Shown: in pieces, positions 37,080 to 50,732 of the stretch
Numbering within the stretch: the stretch's first letter is position 1
Layout of the letters: each line of letters starts with the position of its first letter
Source of the DNA: Leucoraja ocellata
Taxonomy: Eukaryota
NCBI GenBank assembly: GCA_036785375.1
Contig: JAWMAR010000040.1
Coordinates: 6,324,001 to 6,388,000 of the forward strand
Direction: 5' to 3'
Length of the DNA: 64,000 nucleotides
Position numbers and translations under genes: made by a program
The notes under the pieces: model-generated
What the model saw: only the letters and a program-made list of their open reading frames with translations
Told to the model about the DNA's origin: nothing
Database searches by the model: none

Positions 37080-37433
37080 TAAATAATGCTTACGGTTACA
37101 GAAATGAGCCGCTGCCGCAGTCTTTAACACTAGGACCGTACTCTCGTTTTAACAGCGCCGAGCACTGATGTAATGAGAGAAATAGATCTGTGAGCTGGCC
37201 GGGCGGCGAGACTGACGACTCCTTGACAGCCCTTGCAGCTCAACACTCCTCCAGCGTTCGCTTTATTTATTTTTTGTGCCCTCCCCCGATCCTTCAGGCA
37301 ATGCTTCGCTGGAAAAAAATGTGCTAAACCTCCTCCTTTCTCTCTTCCTCTCCTCCCTCCCTCCCCCCACCTCTCACCCCACCTCCCCCCACCTCTCACC
37401 CCACTTTTCTTCGACCAGGGTCCCATTATCACC
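37080..37433 (+). promoter_or_regulatory. Putative ABCC8 promoter / 5' UTR
   Basis: Unique CpG-enriched sequence with GC box (gggcgg about 37201), TGACG half-site and C-rich tract, ending in Kozak atcaccATG. Confidence 0.5.
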
Positions 37434-37581
37434 ATGTCCTTGTCCTTTTGTGGCAACGACAACGACACAGCCGCCTACAACGTGGACAGCGGAGTTCTCA
37501 ACAACGGGTGCTTCGTAGATGCCTTAAACGTTGTCCCACACGTCTTTCTGCTCTTCATCACCTTCCCCATTCTGTTCATCG
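37434..37581 (+). CDS. ABCC8: SUR1 exon 1 (148 bp coding)
   Basis: [50 protein letters not shown]; AAY/NNGC/LNVV are SUR1-type; donor G/GTAAG. Confidence 0.95.
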
Positions 37582-37649
37582 GTAAGCAAAGACCTCAAGG
37601 TGCTCTGTGTTCTTCTATAGGAGACAGAGTTACTTGTGCACACTTCTGA

Positions 37650-37814
<165 letters not shown>

Positions 37815-40689
37815 TAAGCCAGTCCATGTGTTGAGTCACATCGTCCCGGGGGCTATTTTTACTGCGGTTGCCGAGCTAGCTTTGTATGGAGTGGGCCGCT
37901 TCGCCTCTCTCAACTGTTCACTCTGGCCACAGAGAGGGAGAGGGAGAGGAGGAGGGGGAGGGGGGCAGGGGGGTAGAGAGAGGGTCAAGGTGTGGAGGAG
38001 GTAGTTAGGAGTTGAGGGGATATAATCTCCGATCCCAGAACAAAATTCAAGTACAAGAACCCGCTACTAGTTTAATGCATGATGTTAAAAAAAAACGTTC
38101 CTCTGTATCAACCTTAAAATAGACTCGGTCACAAACACTGACGTCTTGCTTTTGAATTATATATTGAATAGCAAATAAAAGTTCAGAATACTAATAGGAC
38201 AAGCCGGCTTTGAATCCTTTCAAATGGCCAATAATGTTTTTTTTTAGATACCCTGGAAGATGAAAGTTTTGTAATGATGGGGAGCCTACGTTTCAAGCAA
38301 ATGTGTCGTTTGTTCAAGTTTTTGTTTAACTTTGTTTCCGACGTTTAAACTGGTCCTAAAGGTGGGAACACCTGGGGTCCATGGCAAATTGGTCACGTCC
38401 TCCAGAGATGCTACCTGACCGGCTGTCACTCCAGCACTTCATGTTCAAACTACTATACCAGCCTTGTGTCAGCAAATTGATCAATTGGATTTTTAAAAAA
38501 AAGACAGCGTGCTGGAGTAACTCAGTAGGTTGGGCAACATCTCTGGTGAAGATGGATGAGCGATATTTCCGATACTGGCTTGAAGGAAGGGGAATGTGAT
38601 GGTGGAGGATTGTGTTAGTGAATGGACACCATGTCCAAAGTACCGTGATGGACAATAGAACCCTTGCTGTTTGTAATATTACATTAATTGGATGGAAATG
38701 TCAACAATATAATTAATAAATGCACAGGAGATATCTAAATTGGTGGCATGTAGGCACAAGGAACTGCAGATGTTGGTTTACAAAAATAAAGCACAAAGTG
38801 CTGGAGTAACTCAGCAGGTCAGACAGCATCTCTAGAGGTCAGATAGTTTAGTTTATTTAGTTTAGTTTATTATTGGCACGTGTACTGAGGTACAATGAAA
38901 AACGTTTTTGTTGCGTGCTGCCCAGTCAGTGGAAAGACTATGTACGATTACAATCAAGCTGCCCACAGTATTGATACAGGTTAAAGGGAATGATATTTAG
39001 TGCAAGCTAAATTCTAGTAAAGTCTGATTAAAGATAGTCTGATTGTCTCCTATGAATTAGATGGGAGATCAGGATCGCTCTGTAGTTGGTGAGAGGATGG
39101 TTCAGTTGCTTGATAACAGCTGGCGGGAAAAAACTGTTCCTGAATCTTGAGGTATAAGAAACTGATAGATGATGTTCTGGGTCAGGAAAGTCACCTATTC
39201 ATGTTCTCCAGAGATGCTGCCTGACATGCTGAGTTACTCCAGTGTTTTGTGTATTTTTATGTGTTAATTATTGCCAAGCAATCCAGTACTTTGTGTTTTA
39301 CTCAAGGCTGATTGTAAATGGGTTCAATAGCAGGAGTCACAAAGAGATCCTTGTATTCCCCAGAGATGCTGCCTGATCCGCTGAGTTACTCCAGCACTTT
39401 GTGATGGTGTTGATAGTGATGAGAGTCGTCTTGGGCTTTTGAATGTTATTGATCAATTGGTAGGAAGGACAGTAATACACGATGAAATTTAATGCAAATA
39501 AGTCTGAGGTGAAGCATCTTTGGACAACTCATAAGCTTCGGACATGCACATTGAATGGGAATTTCGAACACCATGCTGTCTTGTAAAAGCCGCTAACATC
39601 ACCAAAGACGTCCCACCCCGGTCATTCCTTCTTGTTCCTTCTCCTATCTGGCAGAAGGTACAGAAGCTTGAAAGCACGCACCACCTGACTCAGGAACAGC
39701 TTCTTCTCCTCTGTTGTCAACCTTCTGAATGGTCCTTCCATCAGCTAGGGTACTGTCCAATTCACCTCTTCCCCATTGTGGAGATTGGACTTTATCTATG
39801 GAACTGATGCGCTACAATCTGAAGATACACTGTATCTTCCCCTTTGTTCTTTCTATTGTATGTGAGTTTAACTTGATTGTATTTTTGTATAGTATTATAA
39901 TATTTGTTTGGATACTTTTCACTGTATCTCAGCACACATGGCAATAATAACCTAAACCTAAACAATGGTCTACATCTAAAAATGCCTGAAGGTGGCAGTG
40001 CAGGTAGATAAGGTGGGGACAAATGTGTAAAGGAAAGAACACAAAGTGCTGGAGTAACTCAGCAGATCAGGCTGCATCTCTGGAGAACATGGATATGTGT
40101 TGTTTCGGGTCAGGACCCTTCTTCTGAGATGCTTCTTGACCTGGTGAGTTACTCCAACACTATGTGATCTTTTGTGTATTGACCAACAGCTGCAGTTAGA
40201 GTCATTAGTCATACAGCGTGTAAACAGGCCCTTTGTCCCAACTTGCCCACACCGAACAACATGTCGCATCAAACAAGCAGTTCTTTGTTTCTACGATGTG
40301 TAAGGGAAACTTACATTGGAACCTAGAACGTAAGGGTTGTGAGATTATGGTACAACTTTATATAACGTGGGTTAGATGACAGCTGGAACATTGTATACAG
40401 TTCTGTAATTGCTGCACTTGGCTTGACTGTATTTATGTATGGTAATATCTGATCGGTTTGGATAACTTGGGAAACAAAGGTTTACACTGTACCTCGGTAC
40501 ACATGACAAATATAAGCCCAAACCTCAACCTCAATCTAAATCTTGGTAGTATTGGGTAAGTCCTTTAGAGAACGTGGTGGGGGTGGGGGGGGGGGGGGGG
40601 GGGGGGGGGCGTGGAGAGAAGTGGAGAGAGGGGGAGAAAAGGGGAAAGAAGGGGGGGAGAAGAGGGGGCGAAGGAGTGGAGAGACTTCT

Positions 40690-41097
40690 AAGAAATAAGA
40701 CAATGTTTAATAAAGTTTAACGGGCATTTAACCTACCGGTCTGTTTTTCTTGGTCCTGAAAACTCCAATGAGCCAATTAAAATGCCCGGTCATGCGGAGA
40801 TTGCCTACGGCTGCCCTCAACTGCCTGTAACGAAATAGTGACCCCACTCCACTGTACCGCAAGTGATAAAGAACCATGCCGACTAATTTTTACTCACGGA
40901 AATTTTTTTAACATGCTGAAAAAATTTCCGCAACCTCGCTGAGGCCACGAGTATTCGGGAACTTCACTCGAACATGAAGGAGAGTTCCAGTGATCTCATA
41001 GGACCTCCTGGGATCATGTGTCGACCATGCTGCGAGTTTGAGTCGAGGGCAAACTCTTCTAAACTTGCAGATTAGGTTGCCGCCGTGGGCAGCCCCT
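40690..41097 (-). mobile_element. Harbinger-like MITE, partial, related to 17887-18421
   Basis: Reverse complement aggggctgcccacggcggcaacctaat...gagtttgccctcgactcaaactcgcagcatggtcgac aligns by eye with 17887-18080; flanked by TAA. Confidence 0.65.
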
Positions 41098-41099
41098 TA

Positions 41100-42485
41100 A
41101 AGTAGGGATATGGTATGCTTGCCATCAGTGGCTGGGGCATTGAGTATAAGAGGCAGGAAGTCATGATGCAGCTTTATAGCAGAGTTGCACATAAGGTCAT
41201 CGAGTCAAAGGGCATGACGCAAGGAGCAGCTCAATCCACCTGGAGGACATGGCAGCTTCCGGCATACTCTGTTAACACACAAAACGCGTATTTTCTTACC
41301 TATTAAAAACTGCCGAAATGGTCCATTTTTGTGCTGTAAATAATTGTGGAGGGCGACTGCGGGCTCTGAACTGTGCTCTAGTATCTTTGCTCTGAACCCA
41401 AGCACCAAGGTGCAAGTAGCCGAAGGAGCACATCCCTCGGGACAGCCCCCACTCTCCCCCCGGGGTCAGCGCTGTCCGGCCACGGCTGCCCTCCCCCTGT
41501 GGGCCGCACTGTCACGGGCCGTGGGTCGGCAGCGCCCATACACGGGGCCGGGTGGAGCGGGGCCGCGGCTCCGGGCAGCGGACGCACAGGGACGAAAACC
41601 CGGCAACGTCCCCGTCATCTGCAGCAGAGTTGGGGACAGAATGGTCCCTCCGCCCACCCAGAGTCACTAACCGTCCTGCACCGGCACCCGACCCGACCTC
41701 CTCCCACCCCACCAACCCCCGGTTGCGGGGATAGACGGCCCGGGGTCCACGAGTGTAGAACCAGTCAGCGTGGAGTCCGGATGCGGGGACAGAAGACAGG
41801 CCCGCTACACTGGAAGCCATGGTAAGTGCTTACCTGCAGTTCACCGCGTGTACTCCAGTTGGCATTGCGTGGCAACAGCACGGGTCACGGGTTGTGACCT
41901 CGACTGCCGTGCAACTTCCATATAGGACTTTGGTTAGGCCGCATTAGAAATATTACGTGCAGATCTGGTCTCCCACGTTCCAGGGTGGATACGGAGGCTT
42001 TGGAAAGAGTGTAGAGGAAGTTTACCAGAATGCTGCCTGGATTCGAGGGTATTAGCTACAGGCAGAGGTTGGACAAACTTGGATTGTTTTGTCTGGAATG
42101 CTGGAGATTGAGGGGAAATCTGATATATAAAATTATGAGAGACATAGACAGGGTCAACAGCCAGATCCTTTTTTCCCAGGACGGAAATATCAAATACTAA
42201 AGGGCATTGCTTTAAGGTTCCAGGGGCAAAGTTTAAAGAAGAAATCCATGTGGGAAGGTTTTTTGCATAGAGTGTGATGAGTGCCTGGAATGCACTGCTG
42301 GGGATGGTGGTTGAGGAAGACACAATTGTGGTATTTAAGAGACTTTTAGATATGCACTGATATGTAGAGAATGAAAGGATACGGATCATGTGCAGGCAGA
42401 TAAGAGTTAGTCTTGGCATCAATGTTCGGCACAGACATCGTGGACCGAAGGGCCAGTTCCTGTGCAGTAGTGTAATATGTTCTGT
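41100..42485 (+). mobile_element. CR1 LINE 3' fragment split by the 41179-41920 insertion
   Basis: LAISGWGIEYKRQEVMMQLY|RTLVRP...RKFTRMLPG...LDKLGLFCLE. Confidence 0.8.
41179..41920. mobile_element. Unclassified GC-rich DNA-transposon-like insertion with TATA target duplication
   Basis: Interrupts CR1 sequence gcagctt-TATA-ggactttggttagg; TATA at 41175-41178 and 41921-41924; inverted core AGTTGCAC/GTGCAACT at the ends. Confidence 0.65.
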
Positions 42486-43189
42486 TGTTGAACCCTGGAA
42501 TTCACTGTTTAATTTACCATTACACCTTTGAATACTATCAATCCTACTGTCTACCCATATAAAATCGTTAGAAGTGCAATAAAATCAAGTTTTTAGTGGT
42601 TGCTTTTACAAAAAGTGCAAATGATCATTCTAAAAGCCAATTAATATAAGCAATAATCAATTTCTATTACAATTAAATGTTACTTTGGGCTCACTGGAAC
42701 ATTAAACATATGATTATTTTTAGTTGTTATTTGTAATATCAGTTGGTTAAGGTCAATTAACACATGTATAAAATGGTTTTTCTTAAGCCTGACATCCTGA
42801 ACAGGGTTTTGCAAAGCTATTTAAAATTCTGTTTTAATACAGAGAAACATTTTACTGAAAATGTAACAAGGGACTGAATGAATACAATGGAAAGAGCATC
42901 AATATTAAAATGTGTTGATATTAATAAGACTGAAGAGAGGTGTCCCCATAATTGAAAACATTTGGAATAAGAAGTCTGAGATAGAATTGTCTAAACTCAT
43001 AGTAAGTTGAGGCACAGTGGTGCAGCAGTTAGTTCCGCTGCCTCATGGCTCCAGGGACCTGGGTTCAATCGTGACCTAGGCTGTTACCTATGTCTGTGGC
43101 ACTTTCTCCACATAGACTCGAGGGACAGAGCGATGGGGGGAGATTCGGGCCAGCTCGGACTTTATTCCTTGGAATGCAGGAGACTGAGG

Positions 43190-43860
43190 TCGAAAACTTC
43201 AAATTCCTTGGAGTCAATATCACCAACAACACCTCCTGGACCACTCATATTGAAGCAATGACCAAGAAGGCACACCAATGCCTCGACTTCCTTGGAAGGC
43301 TTAGGAAGCTTGGCATGTCCCCTACAACTCTCACCAACTTCTACAAATGCACCATAGAAAGCATTTAATCAGGATGTATCATTGCTTGGTTTGGGAACAG
43401 CTCCATCCAGGACCGTAAGAAAATGGAGCGAATTGTGGATGCAGCCCAGGCCCTCACACAAACCAACCTCCCTTCTATTGATTTCATTTATAGCGCGCGC
43501 TGCCTCGACAAGGCCAGCAGCATAATCAAGGACAAGTCACACCCTGGCCACTCCCTCTCCCATCAGGCAAAAGGCATAGAAGTGTGAAAACGCACACCAC
43601 CAGATTCAGGGACAGTTTCTTCCCAGCTGTTATCCGGCAACTGAATTATCCTACCACAACCAGAGAGCAGTTCTGAACCACTATCTATCTCTGATGTCCC
43701 TCAGACTATCCTTGACTGGACTTTACTGGCTTTACCTTGCACTAAATGTTATTTCCTTATCATGTAAGTGGATTGATTGTAATCGTGTATTGTCTTTCTG
43801 CTGACTGGTTAGCACGCAACAAAAAGCTTTTCGCTGTACACGTGAAAATAAATTATACTG
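43190..43860 (+). mobile_element. Rex1/Babar-type LINE 3' fragment
   Basis: VENFKFLGVNITNNTSWTTHI...KKAHQCLDFLGRLRKLGMSPTTLTNFYKCTIESI*SGCIIAWFGNSS. Confidence 0.75.
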
Positions 43861-46800
43861 AACTGAGGGGTGATATTATACAGGTGTATAAAAACATGAG
43901 GGGAATAAATAGGGTGAATGCAGATCCTCTTCAGACTGGGACACTTCCTGAGTCGGAAGAAGAATCCCAACTCGTAACATCACCTATCCATGGTCTCCTG
44001 CGATGCTGCCTGATGCGCTGAGTTACTCCAGCATTTTATGTCTTTTTTAGAGCACAATGTGATTTGTCTGGTCTGATTAATAGACGACGACGAGACAGAA
44101 TTAATAACAATGTTTTGTTGTGATGCGACCTGGCCTCAGCCAAACGCGAATGGAGATATTAATGATTAAGGGGATACAGCAGTTCTGAACGCCAACAGTA
44201 ATGGGTGACTTCAAATAACTTCAATAAAACCTGGGTATGATGGCAATAAGCTATGCAGTGCATCTGACCCAAGATTGCTTTTTGACAATGGGGTCAGATC
44301 TATGATTTACTGCAACTGCTACAGAAGTTTAAATAATGGGTGTCTATAAAAAGAATTCAGTCATGAATATGTTTGTATAATTGATTATCTGTGTAATTGT
44401 CCATTTAATAGATGTAAAACTCCATCGCTGCAAATTAAGTTTGTAGTGAAATTTCCCTTAGACATATATGCCTCTATCATGAAACTCTCAATTGAGAAAG
44501 CAGATGAAGCAACAAAAATAATTTTGATATCAATATGGCAGAGGCAGTTGATGAGCATATCATAAGATCATAAAATGTAGGAGCAGAATTAGGTCACTCG
44601 GCCAATCGAATCAACTCCGCCATTCGATTACAGCTGATCTGTTTTTCTCTCACAATCCCATTCTCCTGCCTTCTCCCCGTAACCCTTGACATCCTTATTA
44701 ATCAAGAACCTAACAATCTCCGCTTTCAAAATACCCAATGACTTGGCCTTCACCTCTGTCAGCTGCAATGAATTGCACAGATTCACCGCCCTCTGACTAA
44801 AGAAATTCCTACTCATCTCCATTCTCTCTTAGGCAGGGGGAGGAAATCAGACATTTCTGAATCACAAAATGTTGGGATTAAAATAACCTACAAACCCGCA
44901 GTTTTTTGGAATTAGTTTAGTTTAGAGATACAGCATGGTAACAGGTCCTACAGAGCCACCGAGTCTGCATCGACCAGCGATCCCCGCATATTAACACCAT
45001 CCTACACACATTAGGGACAATTTACATTTATATCAAGTATATTTACCTTCCCGGAGAGGTGATCAAGTTTCGGATCACATTCTCTGGGCTCTGCGGCCTA
45101 CCATAGATGGAGTTGAAAAGCCTCCTCGGACAGTCGTGAGCCCCACTGCGGGGAGCGGACATACCATCGGAGCAGATTCCTTGCCTGCAGACTTGCCATC
45201 AAGGGCTCACAGTCTCGGGAGAGGCTAATCAGGAGCTCCAATGCCGCAGAAGGTTCGTCCAGCCCCGACACGAGGTTCAATCGCTCCCGATGCGCGAGCT
45301 GAACGCCTCGACGCGGATGGCCTGAATGCTGCCGGCTATGGGACTCAAGACCATCCCGTCGAGGCCCCTGACCAAGGAAGAACAAAAAGGGAAGGACTTG
45401 AACTTTATTTTCGCCTTCCATCACAGTGAGGGATGTGTAGGAGTCACTGTGATGGATGTTTATGTTAAATGTGTTTTTTGAGTCTGTTGCTTTTTTAAAT
45501 TGTATGACTGACCTGGCCAGTGAAATTTCACTACACCAATTGGTGTATGTGACAATAAATGAACCTTATTATCCTTACCCTTATGAACCTAAATCTGAAC
45601 GTCTTTGGAGTGTGGGAGGAAACCGAAGATCTCGGAGAAAACCCATGCAGGTCATGGGGAAAACGTACAAACTCCATACCGACAGCACCCGCAGTCGGCA
45701 TTGAACCCGGGTCTCCGGTGCTGCAAGTGCTGTAAGCCAGCAACTCTACCGCTGTGCCACCCTAATGGGAATCCATAATGGGATGTGGGAGGAAACCGGA
45801 GCACCAGGAGGAAACCCACGTGGTCACAGGGAGAGCACCCAAGGTCAGGATCGAACCAGGGTCCCTGGCACTGTAAGGCAGCAGCTCTACCTGCTGCGCC
45901 ACTGCGCCACCATGAGACTGGGACGCTTTTGATTATTTTGCCTGGAGATGCATGTCAGGTGGAAGTTCAGTTCAATCTGCCTCCCATAATTAGGACTTTA
46001 TCATTACAGGAAATCCATGAACCACTGATGTAGAACTAAACTATAGGTGCTTAAATTACACTGCTTTTCCATTATTAATTTGTTTTTTAAATTTAAGAAT
46101 ACAATATGGAAACAGGCCCTTCGGCCACCGAGTCCATGCCGACCATCGATCACCCATTCACATTAATTCTATGTTATCCCACATCTCCATCCACTCCTTC
46201 TAGGGGAAATTTACAGAGGGCCGAATAACCTGCCCACCTGCATGTCTTTGGGATGTAGCAGGAAACCGAAGCATCTGGGGAAAACCCATGTAATCACAGG
46301 GAGAATGTGCAAAACTCCACACAGATAGCACCCGAGGTCAGGACTGAACCCGGTATCTGGCGCTGTGAGGCAGGAGCTCTACCAGCTGCGCCACTGTTCT
46401 GTCTTAGATGACATAGAATAACAAAAAGTATTTTCAGATTTCAACTGTGGTTTGATTGCTTGCAGTAAATATTCATCCAAGAACAAAATTCCTTCCAAAT
46501 ATAGGATAACAATTTCTGGCTCATTTGGCACAATCCTTGTCAACCTGTAATTTCTGCTGTTTTTCCTGCATAAGTATTTCCTTGGAAGAAATACCCAGTA
46601 CTGCGCGTGAGAAAGGTTTAAGTCTAGGTTTATCATTTTAACATGTACTGATAGCACTCAAAGACAGGATTGAACCTGCGTACCTGAAGCAGCTACTGCA
46701 TCAATAAATTCTTTCTCATCTACAATATATCACAACACATGATGTTTTCATCATTTGTAGGAACGTAGTTACGTGTAGCAAGGTACAGTGGAAAGCTTTG

Positions 46801-47045
46801 TTTTGCATTCTATCCAAACAGATCACATATACCATACATGGATACAATCAGACTCGTGTAAAATAGGTAGAGCAAAGGGGTAGATACAGAGTGCAGAACA
46901 TAGTTCTCAGCATTGCGATGCATCGTATTGAAATATAATTGATAAAATCCTTTAGCATTTAAATATTCTGAGTCATTTGTCAGAATTGCATTTAAATTTT
47001 TGCCTAGTTTTCTTCATGATAAATATTTTCATTTGTGTTCCCTAG

Positions 47046-47167
47046 ATTTACGGAGACTCGTCATTTGCATCTGTACATGCCTGCTGGAATGGGCTTCATG
47101 GCCGCGATTACATCTATCATTTATTACCATAACATTGAAACGTCAAACTTCCCCAAACTTTTGTTAG
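47046..47167 (+). CDS. ABCC8: SUR1 exon 3 (122 bp)
   Basis: [40 protein letters not shown]; cctAG / GTGAG. Confidence 0.95.
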
Positions 47168-48016
47168 GTGAGTTTTTCTTTATGAGGGCTAGACTACACA
47201 GCTGTATTCTGTGCCCTGTGCCATTCTTTGCTTCAAAATGTTTCTGCTTTTCATGGTGTCTTGCATAACTATGCCCCGTGGCAAAGTGTTCTATGGTCCA
47301 ATAACAAAGAAAAAAGACAATTTTCAGAATAAAAATAATAAATCTCATTCTATTTATAGTGACATATAAAAAAAAGTAATGGCTTTTTGTCTGATTTCTA
47401 CATCAGAAACGCAGAACACAGCACAGGAACAAGCCCCTTAGCCCACAATGTCTTTGCCGAACATGATCTATTTCCCTCCATTCCCTGCATACCCATGCAA
47501 CCTATCTAGAAGCCTCTTAAACATGACATTTATATCACCCTCCACCACCACCCCGGCAGCTTGTTCCAAGCACCCACCACCCTCTGTGTATTAAAAAATA
47601 TGGCCTGCACATCTCCTTTAAACATTGGCCCTCTCACCTTAAAGCCACAGTATGCCCTGTAGTATTTGACCTTCTATCCTGGGGGAAAAGGTTCTGACTG
47701 TCCACCCTATCTATGCCTCTAATCATTTTATATACCTCCATCAGGCCTCCCCATAACCTCCAACATCCCAGAGAAAACAATCTAAGGCTACTTCTTTTAA
47801 TTACTCTTTCTAAACAAACATTTTCAAAACTCTAGTTAGTCCCTTTTGATCTAATTTCCAATATATCCTAATTTTTTTCTCATAACTATATATTATCATT
47901 ACAGTTATCATCAATAAAATGACATCCATCGAAAGGCAGGAGTTGATGATATGCAAGTAGATGTGTAAAAATGTCGATTTTCCCCTTTCAATGTAAAGGA
48001 GTCAATGTGTATGTAT

Positions 48017-48022
<6 letters not shown>

Positions 48023-48077
<55 letters not shown>
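48023..48077. repeat. (AT)n microsatellite
   Basis: About 27 perfect AT units. Confidence 0.95.
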
Positions 48078-48079
<2 letters not shown>

Positions 48080-49364
48080 TCAACTCAATATATAGGACAA
48101 CTCAAATTTCTCTGTCAATGTTTAGTAGAGAGAGTTCCATCTATCAGATAATTGAGATGAGGTTGTGGAAATGAAATCAACACATGACTCCCTGGAGGAT
48201 ACTTGAAGTAATTAAATATCTATAATAATTGTTGAATAGTGCACACATTCAAATGACAATGACACCGAGCTACTGTACACATTAAAGGAAATAGCCAACT
48301 GATTGTTTATTGTTTAAAGAACATAATCGTTCACAATTCGCAACTCGTTTTGTCTTTGGGGTGTGGGAGGAAACCGAAGATCTCGGAGAAAACCCAAGCA
48401 AGTCAGCCTTGCAGACAAGCAGCCGTAGTTGGGATCGAACCCGAGTCTCTGGCGCTGTCAGGCAGTAGCACTACCACTACGCCACCATGCCACCCACATT
48501 ATTAGGGATAATTGACATTCTTTACCAAAGCCAATTAACCTACAAACCTGTATGCCTTTGGAGTGTGGGAGGAAACCTGTCTCCTCACACCTTCTGTATT
48601 TTAATCTCTGGCCTTTGTCCAACCATTGTCCTATCAACACCCCCCTCCTAAATCAACCTGTTACATGCCCGGCTTTGGCCTGACTCTCCTCTCTTCCAGC
48701 TTTCTTTCCCCATCCCCCTATGAATCAGTCTAAAGAAGTGTCTACAACCCAAACGTCACCTATTAATGTTCTCCTGAGATTCTGCCTGACCCACCGAGCT
48801 ATTCCAGCACTTGTTTTTTTTTTGTAAACCCGACATCATCAGTTCCGTCAGTTCCAGAGGGAGGTGGATGCTTAGAACATGCTGCCTGGGTTGGTGGTGG
48901 AGGCAGATATGGTAGTGGCATTTAACAGGCTTTTAGATGGGCACATTGATATGTAGGGAATGGAAGGATGTGGATCATGTGCAGGCAGAGAAGATTTGTT
49001 TAACTTGGAATCATGTCCGACACGGACATTGTGGGCCGAAGGGCCTATTCATGTGCTGTACAGTTCTATGTAAAAAGGAAGCCAATGTTTGATATCCTGC
49101 ATTAATATGGAATTAGGTAGTGAAGTTGCCAAAATGTAAGAAACAGCATCTTCCGCACCTTTCTCCCAAATCTGCGTTGGTAACAAATGCACGTTCGTAC
49201 CCATGACGCTTATAAGACCAAAACTGTTCTTTAACTTCCTCACTGAACTGCCCACAAAGTAAATCAATGTAGTCACTGAGCGACACTTTGCAAATCCTTC
49301 CTCAGTATATCTGTAAGCAGCATTATTGCTCGTGATCCCATCAGATAAATCCAGGTGAAAAAAG

Positions 49365-49545
49365 ACACGAAGTGCTGGAGTAACTCAGTAGGGCAGCGAA
49401 CATCTCTGGAGAACAGGAATAGGTGACTCTAAAGGTTCCTGACCCGAAACATCACATATCCATGTTCCCTAGAGATGCTGCCTGACCCATTGAGTTACTC
49501 CAACACTCTGCGCCTTTTATTGTAAACCAGCATCTGCAATTTCTT
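49365..49545. repeat. Inverted pair of Penelope terminal-repeat copies
   Basis: aagtgctggagtaactcag...catctctggagaac followed by its reverse complement tgacccgaaacatcac...gagatgctgcctgacc...tgagttactccaacac. Confidence 0.7.
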
Positions 49546-50565
49546 GAGACCTGATGAATTAAAGTCTCAGCTGCTCGATTGTCTCTTCCTACCCAGACGG
49601 ATAGTTAGACACCATCCAAGAGAGAGTTTGATTTAACTCTTAGGGCTAAGGGAATCATGGGATATGGGGAAGAAGCCGGAACAGGGTACTGATTTTGGAT
49701 GATCAGTCATGATCATATTGAATGGAAGTGCTGACTCAAAGGGCCGAATGGCCTACTCCTGCACCTATTTTCTATGTTTCTATCCCTCCCCTCCAAAACC
49801 AACTCACTTCCTGCCTGGTAGCCTTCACCTATCCCAGTTTGGAGCCTCTGTGATGACTAACTTCATTGCCCATTCTGTCAATTGAAACTTGCCCCTCTTA
49901 AACACCACTATCGTATCTGCCCCCAGCACCACCCCTGGCAGCACGTTCCAGGCACCCACCACTCTCTGTGTAAGAGAGTGGTGCGTGCATATCTCCTTTA
50001 AACTTTTCCCCTTTTACCTTAAGGCTAAACGTTCTAGTATTTGATTTTCCCGTTCTGGGGAAAAGGTTCTAACTGTCTCCCCTACTACCCATGCCTGTGG
50101 TAACAAAGGGAGATATGGATTCCTATTCTTTTTCTTCAGAGATGCTGCCTGAGTTACTCCAGAATTTTGTGTCTATGGTGTAAATCAGCCTCTGCAGCTC
50201 CTTCCTACACATTTTTCCGGTGGAGGTGGTTGAGGCAGGTACTATCACAATGTTTAAAAAACATTTGGACAGGTACATGGATAGGACAGGTTTAGAGGGA
50301 TATGGGCCAAGCGCGCGGGCAGGTGGGACTAGTGTAGATGGGGCATGTTGGTCGGCATGGGCAAGTTGGGCCGAAGGGCCGGTTTCCATGCTGTATGTCT
50401 CTGTGACTCTGTAACATAGAGGTAAGAAAGCAATGTTAGGGCTACTGATCAGCCTCTGCATCCTCTGGTAATAAATCTCACTGTCTGTATTGTGTCAGTT
50501 GCTGCAACTGTGGAAGTACAACTTTGTTGTAGATGGTAACAGGATTGCGGTCATTTGCTTTGCAG

Positions 50566-50732
50566 CTTTGCTGGTCTATTGGACATTAGCCTTTCTCACG
50601 AAGACGATCAAATTTGCCAAGTTTTGTGAACATGGGATTGGTCTGAGCCAACTCCGTTTCTGCATCGCTGCCCTGTTGGCAATATTGTACGGCATGCTAC
50701 TGGCTGTGGAGGTTAACGTCATCAGAATGCGG
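50566..50732 (+). CDS. ABCC8: SUR1 exon 4 (167 bp)
   Basis: [19 protein letters not shown]...QLRFC...[15 protein letters not shown]; gcAG / GTAAG. Confidence 0.95.

Noticed and set aside
40575-40680. Long poly-G/poly-C runs (also 2494, 9505, 17727) as functional G4 elements
   Set aside because: Homopolymer lengths are unreliable in this assembly and most lie within repeats.
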